DNA from: Coprobacillus sp. CAG:605
GTDB lineage: Bacteria > Bacillota_I > Bacilli_A > RF39 > UBA660
Assembly (NCBI GenBank): GCA_000433255.1
Contig: HF998226.1
Location: 25,383-89,382 of the forward strand
DNA length: 64,000 nt
Direction: 5' to 3'
How positions within the stretch are numbered: position 1 is the stretch's first letter; the number at the start of each line of letters is the position of its first letter. Both the position numbers and the translations under genes were made by a program. The notes under the pieces were generated by a model, which saw only the letters and a list, made by a program, of their open reading frames with translations, was not told the DNA's origin and made no database searches. Positions 12,041-22,422 of the stretch are shown here, in pieces.

Positions 12041-13846
12041 ATGAAAAGATGCGAAGTTAAAGAAAATGCTAAATGGAATTTAGAGTATTTCTTTAAAAAC
12101 ACTGAAGAATATAAAAATAGTATTTTAAAAACAAAAGAACTATTAAAAGAATTAGTTAGTATGAAAGGATCTCTTACTAAGGATAAAGAAAACTTTTATA
12201 AGTTTTTAACATTAGATGATGAAATAGAAAAAAAATTAGAAAACATATATGTATATTCTTACCTTAATCATTATAGTGATACCAACGACGAGTTTGGTAA
12301 GAAACTAAAAAATCAAGCTGATAAACTAGAAGAAAAAGTTGCTAATGAAACTTCATTTATTAGAAGTGAATTACTAAGTAATGATTATGACTACATCTTA
12401 AACTTAATGGCAAATGATAAAAGATTTGATGAATATCGCTTCAGCATTGAAAAAATGTTTCGCTATAAAAATCATACCTTAAGTGAAGCCGAAGAAAGGA
12501 TAATTTCTTTAGCGTCCAATGCCTTAGGAACAGCTGATAATGCTTTTTCGGCTTTAGATAATGCCGATGTTAACTTTGGTAAAATCATGATTGATGGGGA
12601 AGAGGTCGAACTAACTCATAGCAACTATATTAAGCTAATTGGTCATAAGAATCAAAATACTCGTAAAAGAGTATTTGAACAATACTATAAATACTATGTC
12701 GACCATAAAGAAACCATTGCTGAACTATATAAAGGTCAAGTAAAACAAGATATCTTCTATAGTACTATTAGAAAATATCATAGTCCTTTAGAGGCCTCCT
12801 TATATGGCGATAACATAAATGTTGAAGTTTATAAAAACTTAATTAATACCATTCATGAAAACCTTGAACCTATATACGAATACATGAAAGTTCGTAAAGA
12901 CTACATGGGTGTAAAAGAACTTCATATGTATGATATCTATACCGATTTAATTAAAGAGGATCCTAAGACATTTACTTATGAAGAAGCTAAAGCTAAAGTT
13001 TTAGAAGCTTTAAAACCCCTAGGAGATACCTACATTAAAGATTTAAAAAATATTTTTGATAGTTCTAGAGTAGATGTTTATCCTAACGATGGTAAAAGAA
13101 GTGGTGCTTATCAGTGGGGTAGTTATTATGCCGGACCATTTGTTTCCACAAACTTTGACGGCACCGAAGATAGTGTTAGTACCATAGCCCATGAACTAGG
13201 CCATGCCATGCATTCTTTCTATTCTAAGAAAAATCAATGCCATACTAACGCTAACTACCCAATATTCCTAGCTGAAATTGCTTCAACGGTAAATGAAGTA
13301 TTATTAAGTGAATATAATATTAAAAATGCTCAAAATGATACCGAAAAGCTTCTATATCTAACGGATTTCCTGGATAAATTTAGAGCGACAGTTTATCGTC
13401 AAACAATGTTTGCCGAATTTGAAATGTTAATCCATGATATGGAACAAAAAGGCAATGCCCTAACAAGTGAAACTTTGTATCAAACATATTACAACTTAAA
13501 TAAATTATATTATGGTGATAATGTTATAAGTGATAAATTAATTGGTTATGAATGGTCAAGAATCCCTCATTTTTATACACCATTTTATGTGTATAAATAT
13601 GCAACAGGATTTATGGCAGCTGTATCAATAGCAACTGATATTTTAAATAACAAACCACAATCTTTAGAAAACTATCTAAACTTCTTAGCTAGTGGTTGTA
13701 GTAAATATCCATTAGATACTTTAAAAGCCTGCGGTGTTGACATGACTACCAAAGAGCCAATTGAAAAATCTATCGAATTATTTAAAAATAGATTAAAAAT
13801 GGTTGAAGAAATAATTAAGAAGGAGGAAGAATATGGCAAAGAATAA
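12041..13846 (+). CDS. pepF: Oligoendopeptidase F (M3B family zinc metallopeptidase)
   Basis: Zinc-binding HELGHAMH (HEXXH) motif and the overall length and architecture of PepF. It sits inside the dnaK operon. Confidence 0.85.
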   Translation: MKRCEVKENAKWNLEYFFKNTEEYKNSILKTKELLKELVSMKGSLTKDKENFYKFLTLDDEIEKKLENIYVYSYLNHYSDTNDEFGKKLKNQADKLEEKVANETSFIRSELLSNDYDYILNLMANDKRFDEYRFSIEKMFRYKNHTLSEAEERIISLASNALGTADNAFSALDNADVNFGKIMIDGEEVELTHSNYIKLIGHKNQNTRKRVFEQYYKYYVDHKETIAELYKGQVKQDIFYSTIRKYHSPLEASLYGDNINVEVYKNLINTIHENLEPIYEYMKVRKDYMGVKELHMYDIYTDLIKEDPKTFTYEEAKAKVLEALKPLGDTYIKDLKNIFDSSRVDVYPNDGKRSGAYQWGSYYAGPFVSTNFDGTEDSVSTIAHELGHAMHSFYSKKNQCHTNANYPIFLAEIASTVNEVLLSEYNIKNAQNDTEKLLYLTDFLDKFRATVYRQTMFAEFEMLIHDMEQKGNALTSETLYQTYYNLNKLYYGDNVISDKLIGYEWSRIPHFYTPFYVYKYATGFMAAVSIATDILNNKPQSLENYLNFLASGCSKYPLDTLKACGVDMTTKEPIEKSIELFKNRLKMVEEIIKKEEEYGKE

Positions 13847-14969
13847 AGATTATTATGAAACATTAGGAGTTTCTAAGACTGCTACTCAAGACGAAATAAA
13901 ATCAGCCTTTAGAAAATTAGCTAAAAAATATCACCCTGATATTAATAAAGAACCGGGAGCTGAAGAAAAATTCAAAGAAATAGGGGAAGCTTATTCTATA
14001 TTAGGCGACCCCGAAAAACGTAAGACTTATGACCAATTTGGCTCAGCTGCTTTTGAACAAGGAGGCGCGGGAGCTGGTGGGTTCCAAGGTCAAGGATTTG
14101 GTGGTTTCTCATTCGACGATGATATCTTTAAAGATTTATTTGGTAGTGCCTTTGGACAATCATTTAATTTTGGCGGTGGAAGAAGTAGCCGAAGTACTAA
14201 TAGACCTACTAAAGGTGAAGATAGCCTAGTTAGAATTAACTTAACTTTTGATGAAGCCGTATTCGGTTGTCATAAAACTATATCTATCGACTTAAACGAA
14301 AAATGTAGTGAATGTAATGGTGCTGGTGGTTTTGATGCCAAAACTTGCCCTACATGTGGTGGCCAAGGCCGTGTAGTTGAATCTCGTCAAACTTTATTTG
14401 GCATGTTCCAACAAGAAACTATCTGCCCTGATTGTAATGGTAGTGGCAAAACTTATGCTAGAGTATGTTCAAATTGTCGTGGTAAAGGTTTTTATACTAA
14501 GAAAAAAGATATCGAAATTGAAATTCCTGCTGGAGTTGATACCGGAACCCAATTAAGAATAAGTGGCAAAGGTTCAGCTGGTAAAAATGGTGGCCCAAAC
14601 GGCGACATTTATATCGAATTTAAAGTTAAAGAACACCCATTATTCGAACGTAAAGATGACGATATTTACTTACAACTTCCAATAACTATTACTGATGCTA
14701 TCTTAGGATGCAAAAAAGAAATACCTACTATCTATGGTAATGTAGTTATGGCCATAGATGCTGGTACCCAAAATGATACTAAACTTCGTATCAAAGGAAA
14801 AGGTGTTGAAAACCCTAACAGTGGCCGTAAAGGTGATATGTACATAATAGTTAACGTAGTCGTTCCAACTAAACTAGATCGTAATCAAAAAGAATTAATC
14901 AAACAATTAAGTGAAACGGATTTAGAAAATAGTAGTGAATTTAAAACTATCAAGAAATACATGGATTAG
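13833..14969 (+). CDS. dnaJ: Molecular chaperone DnaJ
   Basis: J-domain (DYYETLGV...KKYHPD), a Gly/Phe-rich linker and four CxxCxGxG zinc-finger repeats. It overlaps the pepF stop by 14 nt. Confidence 0.95.
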   Translation: MAKNKDYYETLGVSKTATQDEIKSAFRKLAKKYHPDINKEPGAEEKFKEIGEAYSILGDPEKRKTYDQFGSAAFEQGGAGAGGFQGQGFGGFSFDDDIFKDLFGSAFGQSFNFGGGRSSRSTNRPTKGEDSLVRINLTFDEAVFGCHKTISIDLNEKCSECNGAGGFDAKTCPTCGGQGRVVESRQTLFGMFQQETICPDCNGSGKTYARVCSNCRGKGFYTKKKDIEIEIPAGVDTGTQLRISGKGSAGKNGGPNGDIYIEFKVKEHPLFERKDDDIYLQLPITITDAILGCKKEIPTIYGNVVMAIDAGTQNDTKLRIKGKGVENPNSGRKGDMYIIVNVVVPTKLDRNQKELIKQLSETDLENSSEFKTIKKYMD

Positions 14970-14990
14970 TAACATAATCCTTTTTCTTTT
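14963..14990 (+). terminator. Terminator of the dnaK operon
   Basis: Stem GGATTA / TAATCC overlapping the dnaJ stop, followed by TTTTTCTTTT. Confidence 0.5.
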
Positions 14991-15089
14991 GTCAAAATTT
15001 GTTAAATAAAGTAAAATTTTTAAAAATTAGCTTTAGCAAGTTGTAAAATAATAATTATCTTGATATACTTTACTTAGAGGTAATAGCAT

Positions 15090-16388
15090 ATGAGGAAAAA
15101 ATACAAGACAACTTTACTTTTATTAGCAATTCTTTTACTAATTAGTATCGGTGTCTCTATCTCTTATGCCCATTACGAAAAAACTTTACAAAATAATCCC
15201 AATGACACTTTAGTAACCTCCGATGAATATCTAAGTATCAACTATTTAGACGGTAATTATTATGATATTAAATCCTTTAAAGAAGGGGATACCATTGTTA
15301 AAAAAATATCTATTACTAATGTAACTACTAAAGAACTATATGTTACCATTGCCCTAATGGATATTAACAAAGAAACTCATGATTTAAATGTTCGCTTAGT
15401 AGATAAAGATAATAAAGAAGTATATAATGAATCTTTAGGTAATATCGATACCGAACTTATTAAAACTAAAGAACTAGCAGCGGGTCAAACCATGTCTTAT
15501 ACTGTTTATCTAACCTATAATGGAAAAGAAGACAACTATGGCTTAACTGCCAATCTAATCGCTTATAAAGAATTAATAAAAAAGGATCGTAAAACTTTAA
15601 AAGAACTAATTTTAGCTAATAATAACTTAAGTCAATTACAAACTAACATTGGGGAAGTTGCTACTAACCCTGAAGGTTTAATAGAAGTCCAAAATGATAC
15701 GGCTTCAACTTACTACTTTAGAGGTTCTGTAACTAATAACTACGTTAAATTTGCTAATGTAATGTTTAGAATCGTTAGAATAAATGAAGATGGCTCAGTA
15801 AGATTAATAACTGATAATCTTCTAGATAATAAAGTTCCATATAAAAAGACTGTCTCCGATATCGAAGATGCCGGAAATGTTCTTCTAAGTACCTCAACAA
15901 TTAAAGAAACCTTAGACGACTTTTATAACAATACCCTAAGTGATTATCAAAAATACGTTGTTGATTCTAACTTTTGTAGTGAAAATACATACTACATCGA
16001 AGAAGAAAATAAAAAACTATTTACTTCTTATAACCGAATTATTAATGAAACAACAGCTTCACTATCTTGTAGTGGTACCCTAGAACAATCTAAAGTGGGC
16101 TTACTAAGTATTGATGAAGCCATATATGCTGGCGCTAGTAAAAATGGCACTAATACTTCATATTATCTATATAATCCTAATATTACATCTACTTGGTGGA
16201 CATTAACCGGTAGCCAAGTCTTACTAAATAATAATGCTGTTGATAATTTTGCTATTGGCATAACTGGAGAAATTCTAAGTGAAACAAAAATAACATCAAA
16301 CCAAGGTATTAGGCCAGTAATTTCTTTAGATAAAACAGTAAGCGCTAGTGGTTCTGGTACTTATGAAGATCCATATGTAATTGAGTAG
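15090..16388 (+). CDS. Secreted or membrane-anchored hypothetical protein (432 aa)
   Basis: N-terminal signal/anchor (KKYKTTLLLLAILLLISIGVSISYA) and an AGAGGT ribosome-binding site. No recognisable catalytic motif. Confidence 0.6.
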   Translation: MRKKYKTTLLLLAILLLISIGVSISYAHYEKTLQNNPNDTLVTSDEYLSINYLDGNYYDIKSFKEGDTIVKKISITNVTTKELYVTIALMDINKETHDLNVRLVDKDNKEVYNESLGNIDTELIKTKELAAGQTMSYTVYLTYNGKEDNYGLTANLIAYKELIKKDRKTLKELILANNNLSQLQTNIGEVATNPEGLIEVQNDTASTYYFRGSVTNNYVKFANVMFRIVRINEDGSVRLITDNLLDNKVPYKKTVSDIEDAGNVLLSTSTIKETLDDFYNNTLSDYQKYVVDSNFCSENTYYIEEENKKLFTSYNRIINETTASLSCSGTLEQSKVGLLSIDEAIYAGASKNGTNTSYYLYNPNITSTWWTLTGSQVLLNNNAVDNFAIGITGEILSETKITSNQGIRPVISLDKTVSASGSGTYEDPYVIE

Positions 16389-16417
16389 TAGATTATCTAC
16401 TATTTTTTCTTTAAATT

Positions 16418-16451
16418 AATTTGACAAACTGAGTACTTTATGCTAAAGTAT
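16418..16451 (+). promoter_or_regulatory. Sigma-A-type promoter whose spacer is shared, almost nucleotide for nucleotide, with the promoter at 41160-41193
   Basis: TTGACA at 16421-16426, a 17-nt spacer AACTGAGTACTTTATGC, then TAAAGT. 29 of 31 nt are identical to the second site. Confidence 0.55.
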
Positions 16452-16473
16452 AAAGTCCTTGGAGGGGATTATA

Positions 16474-16875
16474 ATGAATAAAATTAATGATTTAGAAAGA
16501 GCCAAAATTCTTGAGACTAAGTATTACTGTGGAATGGTGCCTTACGTTCTTGGAGCTCACGGTCTAGTAGGATTCGATGGTAATGAAAGAAATTTAGATA
16601 ATCTTTTAGATAATATCGTCTCACCAGTAGAATACCCAAAAACCCCATATAATACTGATGAAATTTCGCTAATAGTTTACCCAGAAAATGAAAACACCTT
16701 ACGTTTAGAATTCAATATTGTCTCACGTTTAAATATGAATTCCAAAGTAAAAACTATTAATATAACATATAAAAGAGGACAAAGGTTATTTTTAACTGCT
16801 AATCCTGATTTCACTCAAACTAATAATTATTGTGAACAAATACCATCTCAAGCAAGAACACTTAAAATAAGATAG
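16474..16875 (+). CDS. Hypothetical protein (133 aa)
   Basis: ORF with a GGAGGGGA ribosome-binding site 6 nt upstream of the ATG at 16474. The track's TTG at 16459 is less likely. Confidence 0.55.
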   Translation: MNKINDLERAKILETKYYCGMVPYVLGAHGLVGFDGNERNLDNLLDNIVSPVEYPKTPYNTDEISLIVYPENENTLRLEFNIVSRLNMNSKVKTINITYKRGQRLFLTANPDFTQTNNYCEQIPSQARTLKIR

Positions 16876-16896
16876 GAAAAACTTGCAAAATTCATA

Positions 16897-16927
16897 AAAA
16901 TCCCCTTGTTATTGGGGATTTTTTTTG
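16897..16927 (+). terminator. Rho-independent terminator
   Basis: Stem AAATCCCC / GGGGATTT with loop TTGTTATT, followed by TTTTTT. Confidence 0.7.
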
Positions 16928-17050
16928 ATACAATAACCTTGGCTTTAAAAACCAAATATTCATATTTACTTAGAGATATCCTCGAGTGCCGAAGAGGTGA
17001 GGGTAACTTGTTTGAAAGTAAATAGAAGCATAACGAAGGAGGGATTTTTA

Positions 17051-17947
17051 ATGGCTGTAGTTTCTATTAGTAATTTATTAGAAGCTGGGGTTCATTTTGG
17101 TCATCAAACCAAAAGATGGAATCCAAAAATGAAGGAATATATCTTCACAACAAGAGATGATATTTATATCATTGATTTACAAAAAACTTTAGCGTGCATG
17201 GAAGAAGCATACGCTGCAATTAGTGAAATTGCTAAAAATGGTGGTACTTTCTTATTTGTAGGTACTAAAAAACAAGCTCAAGAAGCAGCTTTAGAAAATG
17301 CTACACGTTCTAACTCATACTATGTAACTCAAAGATGGTTAGGTGGAACATTAACAAACTTCAGAACTATTAGAAGAAGAGTTAAGAGATTAGAAGAAAT
17401 CGAAAAAATGGAAGAAAATGGTACATTCGATGTATTACCTAAAAAAGAAGTTATTCAAATTAAGAAAGAATATGAAAAATTAAATAACTTACTAGGTGGT
17501 ATTAGAGAAATGACTAAATTACCACAAGCTTTAATTATCGTTGATCCTAAAAAAGAATACAACGCTATAAGAGAAGCTAGAAAACTAAACATTCCTATTT
17601 TTGGTATCGTTGATACTAACTGTGATCCAGATGACGTTGATTACGTAATTCCAGGTAATGACGATGCTGTAAGAGCTGTAAAAGTTGTTATTGGTGCTTT
17701 AACTAATGCTATTTGTGAAGCTAATGGACTTGAAGTAATTGATTATGTAACAGAAGTAAAAGATGTTGCTAAAGACGATAAAAAAGAAGAAAAAAAAGCT
17801 CTAAAAAAAGAACTTGAAGAAATCAAAAAAGAAGATGAATTAGAAGCTAAATCTTTAACTGAACTTAAAGCTATGGCTAAAGAAGCTAAGATTAAAGGTT
17901 ATTCTACAATGAAAAAAGAAGAATTAATTGCATCTTTAAATAAATAA
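17051..17947 (+). CDS. rpsB: 30S ribosomal protein S2 with a lysine/glutamate-rich C-terminal extension ending in a Rho_N-like helix
   Basis: The conserved S2 N-terminus ([19 protein letters not shown]) and a GAAGGAGGG ribosome-binding site. The track start at 16997 lies upstream in the leader. Confidence 0.95.
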   Translation: MAVVSISNLLEAGVHFGHQTKRWNPKMKEYIFTTRDDIYIIDLQKTLACMEEAYAAISEIAKNGGTFLFVGTKKQAQEAALENATRSNSYYVTQRWLGGTLTNFRTIRRRVKRLEEIEKMEENGTFDVLPKKEVIQIKKEYEKLNNLLGGIREMTKLPQALIIVDPKKEYNAIREARKLNIPIFGIVDTNCDPDDVDYVIPGNDDAVRAVKVVIGALTNAICEANGLEVIDYVTEVKDVAKDDKKEEKKALKKELEEIKKEDELEAKSLTELKAMAKEAKIKGYSTMKKEELIASLNK

Positions 17948-17967
17948 TAAAAATAGGAGGAATAATT

Positions 17968-18846
17968 ATGATAAGTGCAAAAGAAGTTAATGAATTAAGA
18001 AAAACTACTGGTGCCGGCATGATGGATTGTAAAAAAGCTTTAGAAGCCACAAATGGCGACATGAATGCTGCTATGGGCTGGCTAAGAGAAAAAGGTATTG
18101 CTAAAGCTAATAAAAAAGAAGCTAGAATTGCTGCTGAAGGACTTGCTAATATCTATGTAGATGGTAACAAAGCCGTAATCCTTGAAGTTAATTCAGAAAC
18201 AGATTTTGTTTCTAAAAATGATGAATTTAAGAGTATGATTGAAAACATTGGTAAGACATTACTTACTAGTGATGCTAAAACTTTAGAAGAAGCTAATGCT
18301 CTAAAATTCGAAGAAGGAACTATCGCTGATTATATTGTTAATAAAACAGCTAAAATTGGTGAAAAACTTTCTTTAAGAAGATTTGAAATTATTACTAAGA
18401 GTGATAATGAAGAATTTGGTTCATACCTACATATGGGTGGAAAAATTGCTGTTCTTACAGTAGTTGAAGGCGCTAATAGCGAAGTTGCTAAAGATGTAGC
18501 AATGCAAGCTGCTGCTATGAAACCACAATATACATTTGAAACTGATGTTCCAGAAGAAGTTGTTGCCAAAGAAAAAGAAACTTTAAAAGTTGAAGCAATG
18601 AACGAAGGAAAACCAGCTGAAATTGCTGAAAAAATGGTTATTGGTAGATTAAAGAAATTCTTCAAAGAAATTTGTTTAGAAGACCAAGAATTTATTAAAG
18701 ATGGTTCTGTAGATGTTAAAACTTACATCAAAAATAACGGTGGTAAGTTAGTTAAAATGGTTCGTTATGAAGTAGGAGAAGGAATTGAAAAAAGACAAGA
18801 AAACTTTGCTGAAGAAGTTATGAACCAAGTTAATGGCACTAAATAA
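17968..18846 (+). CDS. tsf: Elongation factor Ts
   Basis: N-terminal UBA-like region (ELRKTTGAGMMDCKKAL). Gene order is rpsB followed by tsf. Confidence 0.95.
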   Translation: MISAKEVNELRKTTGAGMMDCKKALEATNGDMNAAMGWLREKGIAKANKKEARIAAEGLANIYVDGNKAVILEVNSETDFVSKNDEFKSMIENIGKTLLTSDAKTLEEANALKFEEGTIADYIVNKTAKIGEKLSLRRFEIITKSDNEEFGSYLHMGGKIAVLTVVEGANSEVAKDVAMQAAAMKPQYTFETDVPEEVVAKEKETLKVEAMNEGKPAEIAEKMVIGRLKKFFKEICLEDQEFIKDGSVDVKTYIKNNGGKLVKMVRYEVGEGIEKRQENFAEEVMNQVNGTK

Positions 18847-18864
18847 TTGTCAATAATTGCGTAA

Positions 18865-18890
18865 AGTCAGAGGTAGCTCTGGCTTTTTAA
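18865..18890 (+). terminator. Terminator of rpsB-tsf
   Basis: Stem AGTCAGAG / CTCTGGCT with loop GTAG, followed by TTTTT. Confidence 0.7.
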
Positions 18891-18963
18891 ATACAATAAT
18901 GTTTACAAAAAATAGAAATTAGAGTACTATTATATTAGATAAGTCTATAAAGAAGGTGAATTA

Positions 18964-19878
18964 ATGAAACACTATAGTGTAATGTTAAATGAATGTATTA
19001 ATAATTTAAATATTAAAAGTGATGGTATTTATGTTGATGGAACTCTTGGGTTAGGAGGACATTCTAGTGAAATACTAAAAAAATTAACTACTGGACATCT
19101 ATATGCTTTTGATGAAGATGAAATGGCTATTGATTACGCTAAAGAGCGCCTTTCTAAAATAAATAATAATTTTACTTTAATCAAATCTAACTTTGCTAAT
19201 ATGACAGAAGAACTAAAAAAATATGGTATTGAAAAAGTTGATGGTATTTTATTTGACTTTGGTGTTTCATCACCGCAAATTGATAATCCTGATAGAGGAT
19301 TTAGCTTTATGCATGATGGCTCTCTAGATATGCGAATGGATAGAAGTACTAAATTAACGGCTGCTGATATCGTTAATACCTATAGTGAGGCCAAACTAAC
19401 CGAAATATTTTATAAATACGGGGAAGAAAAAAAATCTAAATTCATCGCCCAGTATATTGTTAAAAATAGACCAATTACCACAACTTTAGAACTAGTTGAT
19501 GTCATAAATGACGCGGTAGGTAATAAATACTTTAATCTAAATCACCCTGAAAGAAGAATTTTCCAAGCCTTAAGAATTGAAGTCAATCAAGAACTAAAAG
19601 TAATTGAAACTGTATTACCTCAAGTAATTGACCTTTTAAAACCCGAAGGCCGCTGTGCCATAATAACATTTCATTCCCTAGAAGACCGTATCGTAAAACA
19701 ATACTTTAAAACCCAAAGTGAAGTAAATGAACTAGTTAAAGGCTTACCAGAAATACCTTTAGAGTATAAACCTAAAATAAAATTAATTACTAAAAAGCCA
19801 TTAACGGCAACAAAAGAAGAATTACAAGAAAATTCTCGTAGTAAAAGTGCTAAACTAAGAGTAATAGAAAGGATTTAA
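18964..19878 (+). CDS. rsmH: 16S rRNA (cytosine1402-N4)-methyltransferase RsmH/MraW
   Basis: Family match, including the GTLGLGGHS motif and the conserved C-terminus. It is followed by ftsL and a PBP, as in the dcw cluster. Confidence 0.9.
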   Translation: MKHYSVMLNECINNLNIKSDGIYVDGTLGLGGHSSEILKKLTTGHLYAFDEDEMAIDYAKERLSKINNNFTLIKSNFANMTEELKKYGIEKVDGILFDFGVSSPQIDNPDRGFSFMHDGSLDMRMDRSTKLTAADIVNTYSEAKLTEIFYKYGEEKKSKFIAQYIVKNRPITTTLELVDVINDAVGNKYFNLNHPERRIFQALRIEVNQELKVIETVLPQVIDLLKPEGRCAIITFHSLEDRIVKQYFKTQSEVNELVKGLPEIPLEYKPKIKLITKKPLTATKEELQENSRSKSAKLRVIERI

Positions 19879-19879
19879 A

Positions 19880-20167
19880 ATGAAGAAAAATAAGAAAGCA
19901 AAAGCCATCCGCGGTGAAAAAATAATTTGGTTACTTATTTTCTTAGTTTTATTTATGACCCCTTTAATTCATGTTGTAACCAAATCCAAATTATCCCAAA
20001 CTAATATCGAAGTTGAAAGACTAAAAAAAGATATATCTAAACAAGAAAATGTTAATGAATCATTAAATATGAAAATTAACGAACTAGCATCACTAGATAA
20101 AATAAGAGAAGTAGCTGAATCTAACGGCTTATCATATAAAAATAATAATATCAAAGTAGTAGAATAG
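19880..20167 (+). CDS. ftsL: FtsL-like cell-division protein
   Basis: 95 aa with a single transmembrane segment followed by a coiled coil. It lies between rsmH and the PBP gene. Confidence 0.6.
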   Translation: MKKNKKAKAIRGEKIIWLLIFLVLFMTPLIHVVTKSKLSQTNIEVERLKKDISKQENVNESLNMKINELASLDKIREVAESNGLSYKNNNIKVVE

Positions 20168-20175
20168 GAGATTTT

Positions 20176-22302
20176 ATGAAAAAGAATAATACTGTTAAAA
20201 TTAATATGGGACTAATAATAGTTATTATTCTTTTTTTCGTTGCCATCATAATTAAGCTTAGCTACGTTAATATCGCTAAAGATGTAGATGGCATTGATAT
20301 TGAAGCGTTTGCTAATAACCGTAATACTACCAAAAAAACATTATACGCCACCCGCGGTGCCATATATGATACTAATGGTGATTATCTTGCTCAAACCGTT
20401 AACTCTTATACCATAATTGCTTATCTTTCATCATCCCGTACTACTAATCCAGATAATCCACAACATGTTGTTGATAAAGAAAATACCGCTAGAAAATTAA
20501 GTGAAATACTTACTCTAAATGGCAAAACATCTATGACTTATGAATATATTTTAAGTCGTCTTAACCTAGAGGGACGTTACCAAGTAGAATTTGGTTCAGG
20601 CGGTAGTGGCATTACCGAACTTTTAAAATCTGAGATTGAAAATTTAAATCTTCCCGGTATAGATTTTGTTGCTTCCTCTAAAAGATACTACCAAATGGAT
20701 AAATTTGCATCTTACTTAGTTGGATATGCTAGAAAAAATGATGATGGTAAAATAGTCGGTGAAATGGGTATCGAGAAATACTTCAATAACGAGTTATCAG
20801 GTAAAGATGGTCAAACCGAATATCAAACCGATTCTTATGGTTACAAATTACCTAACTCCAATGAAAATACTACGCCTGCAACTGCTGGAGCCAACATCTA
20901 TCTAACTATCGATAATAACATTCAACTATTCTTAGAACAAGAAATAAATAACTTAACTAAAGAAAATAGTATGGCGTGGATGACTTTCACGATTGCCGAT
21001 GCCAAAACTGGCGCTATCTTAGCTAGTGCATCTAATCCTTCATTTAACCCCAATAAATTAGATATCACTAACTACTTAAACCCCTTAGTGTCTTATGCAT
21101 ATGAACCCGGTTCAACTATGAAAATATTTTCATTCATGGCCGCCATGGAAAATGGTATTTATGATGGTTCTAAAGAATATATGTCCGGAAAACTTCAAAT
21201 TGGTTCGGATACCGTTAATGACTTTAACAAAGTCGGGTGGGGTAAAATTAATTTCGATACTGGGTTTAGTTATTCTTCTAACACCGCTGCATCCCTTCTA
21301 GCCTTAGACCTTGGTAATGAAAAACTAAGAGCGTTCTATGACTTACTGGGATTTGGCCAAAAAACAGGTATAACTCTTCCTGATGAAGTAACCGGTAAAA
21401 TTGATTTCCAATATCCAATTGAACTAGCAACGGCTTCATTCGGTCAAGGTATTACCACAACCCCAATTCAAAATATTCAAGCTCTAACTAGTATTGCTAA
21501 TGATGGTATGATGTTAAAACCATATATCGTAGATAAAATAGTTGATCCTAACACTAATAAAGTCTTGTATCAAGGCGGTAGGGAAGAAGTACGTAAAGTT
21601 GCTTCTACTGAAACTATTAAAAAAATTCAAGATATGATGCATAATGTTGTTTATTCTAACCTTACAGATGCTAAGAATTATAAACCAGCTATGGTTGAAA
21701 TGATAGGTAAAACTGGTACTGCCCAAATTGCTAACCCCAATGGGCGTGGGTATCTAACAGGAAGTAACGATTATATTCGAAGTTTCTCTGGTTTATTCCC
21801 TTATAATGACCCTCAATATATTGTCTACATCTCTGTAAAGCAATTCTCTGGTAACTTCAAAAAAGTATCACAGGCAGTTGTTAATGTCGTTGACGAAATT
21901 GTTAAATATAAAAATATTGTTTCTACTGTTGAAGAAAATAAAGAACAAAGTATCATTGTCTTAGAAAGTTATTTAAATACTGATGTTCTAAGTACCGAAG
22001 AAAAACTAAAAGCCCTAGGACTTAACCCGGTAGTTATTGGTGATGGTAAATACGTAGTTAACCAATATCCTAATAAAAAGTCTCGTGTTTTAAAAGGTTC
22101 TAAAGTATTTCTAAAAACTGAAAGTCAAAACATTACCATGCCGGATGTTACTAACTGGAGTGAAAATGAAATTACTACGTTCTGTAATTTTATTGGTCTT
22201 AAGTATACCCTAAATGGCTCTGGCCATGTTACTAGTATCTCTATTCCCGCTGGTAGTGTGATTGATTTAAGTACGATAGTTGAAATAAATTTGACTAAAT
22301 AA
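20176..22302 (+). CDS. Penicillin-binding protein 2B / FtsI-type transpeptidase with two C-terminal PASTA domains
   Basis: N-terminal membrane anchor, a transpeptidase domain carrying an SxxK-type motif and KTGTA, and two PASTA repeats at the C-terminus. Confidence 0.85.
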   Translation: MKKNNTVKINMGLIIVIILFFVAIIIKLSYVNIAKDVDGIDIEAFANNRNTTKKTLYATRGAIYDTNGDYLAQTVNSYTIIAYLSSSRTTNPDNPQHVVDKENTARKLSEILTLNGKTSMTYEYILSRLNLEGRYQVEFGSGGSGITELLKSEIENLNLPGIDFVASSKRYYQMDKFASYLVGYARKNDDGKIVGEMGIEKYFNNELSGKDGQTEYQTDSYGYKLPNSNENTTPATAGANIYLTIDNNIQLFLEQEINNLTKENSMAWMTFTIADAKTGAILASASNPSFNPNKLDITNYLNPLVSYAYEPGSTMKIFSFMAAMENGIYDGSKEYMSGKLQIGSDTVNDFNKVGWGKINFDTGFSYSSNTAASLLALDLGNEKLRAFYDLLGFGQKTGITLPDEVTGKIDFQYPIELATASFGQGITTTPIQNIQALTSIANDGMMLKPYIVDKIVDPNTNKVLYQGGREEVRKVASTETIKKIQDMMHNVVYSNLTDAKNYKPAMVEMIGKTGTAQIANPNGRGYLTGSNDYIRSFSGLFPYNDPQYIVYISVKQFSGNFKKVSQAVVNVVDEIVKYKNIVSTVEENKEQSIIVLESYLNTDVLSTEEKLKALGLNPVVIGDGKYVVNQYPNKKSRVLKGSKVFLKTESQNITMPDVTNWSENEITTFCNFIGLKYTLNGSGHVTSISIPAGSVIDLSTIVEINLTK

Positions 22303-22422
22303 ACAAAATTTTTACTTACACAAAAGAAAAAAATGTGCTATATTTAATAATGCCAATCAAAAGTAGAATATCTTCTTCGATGAGCTCTACTTTTTTTCTT
22401 GGTTTAGAAGGAGTTTATATAT

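Noticed and set aside
16928-17050. rpsB leader as a possible S2 autoregulatory RNA structure
   Set aside because: A leader of plausible length is present, but I cannot verify a conserved pseudoknot by eye. It is not claimed as a feature.
22340-22400. Candidate terminator after the PBP gene (AAAGTAGA...TCTACTTTTTTT)
   Set aside because: The stem arms are short and separated by a loop of about 20 nt. This is plausible but weak.
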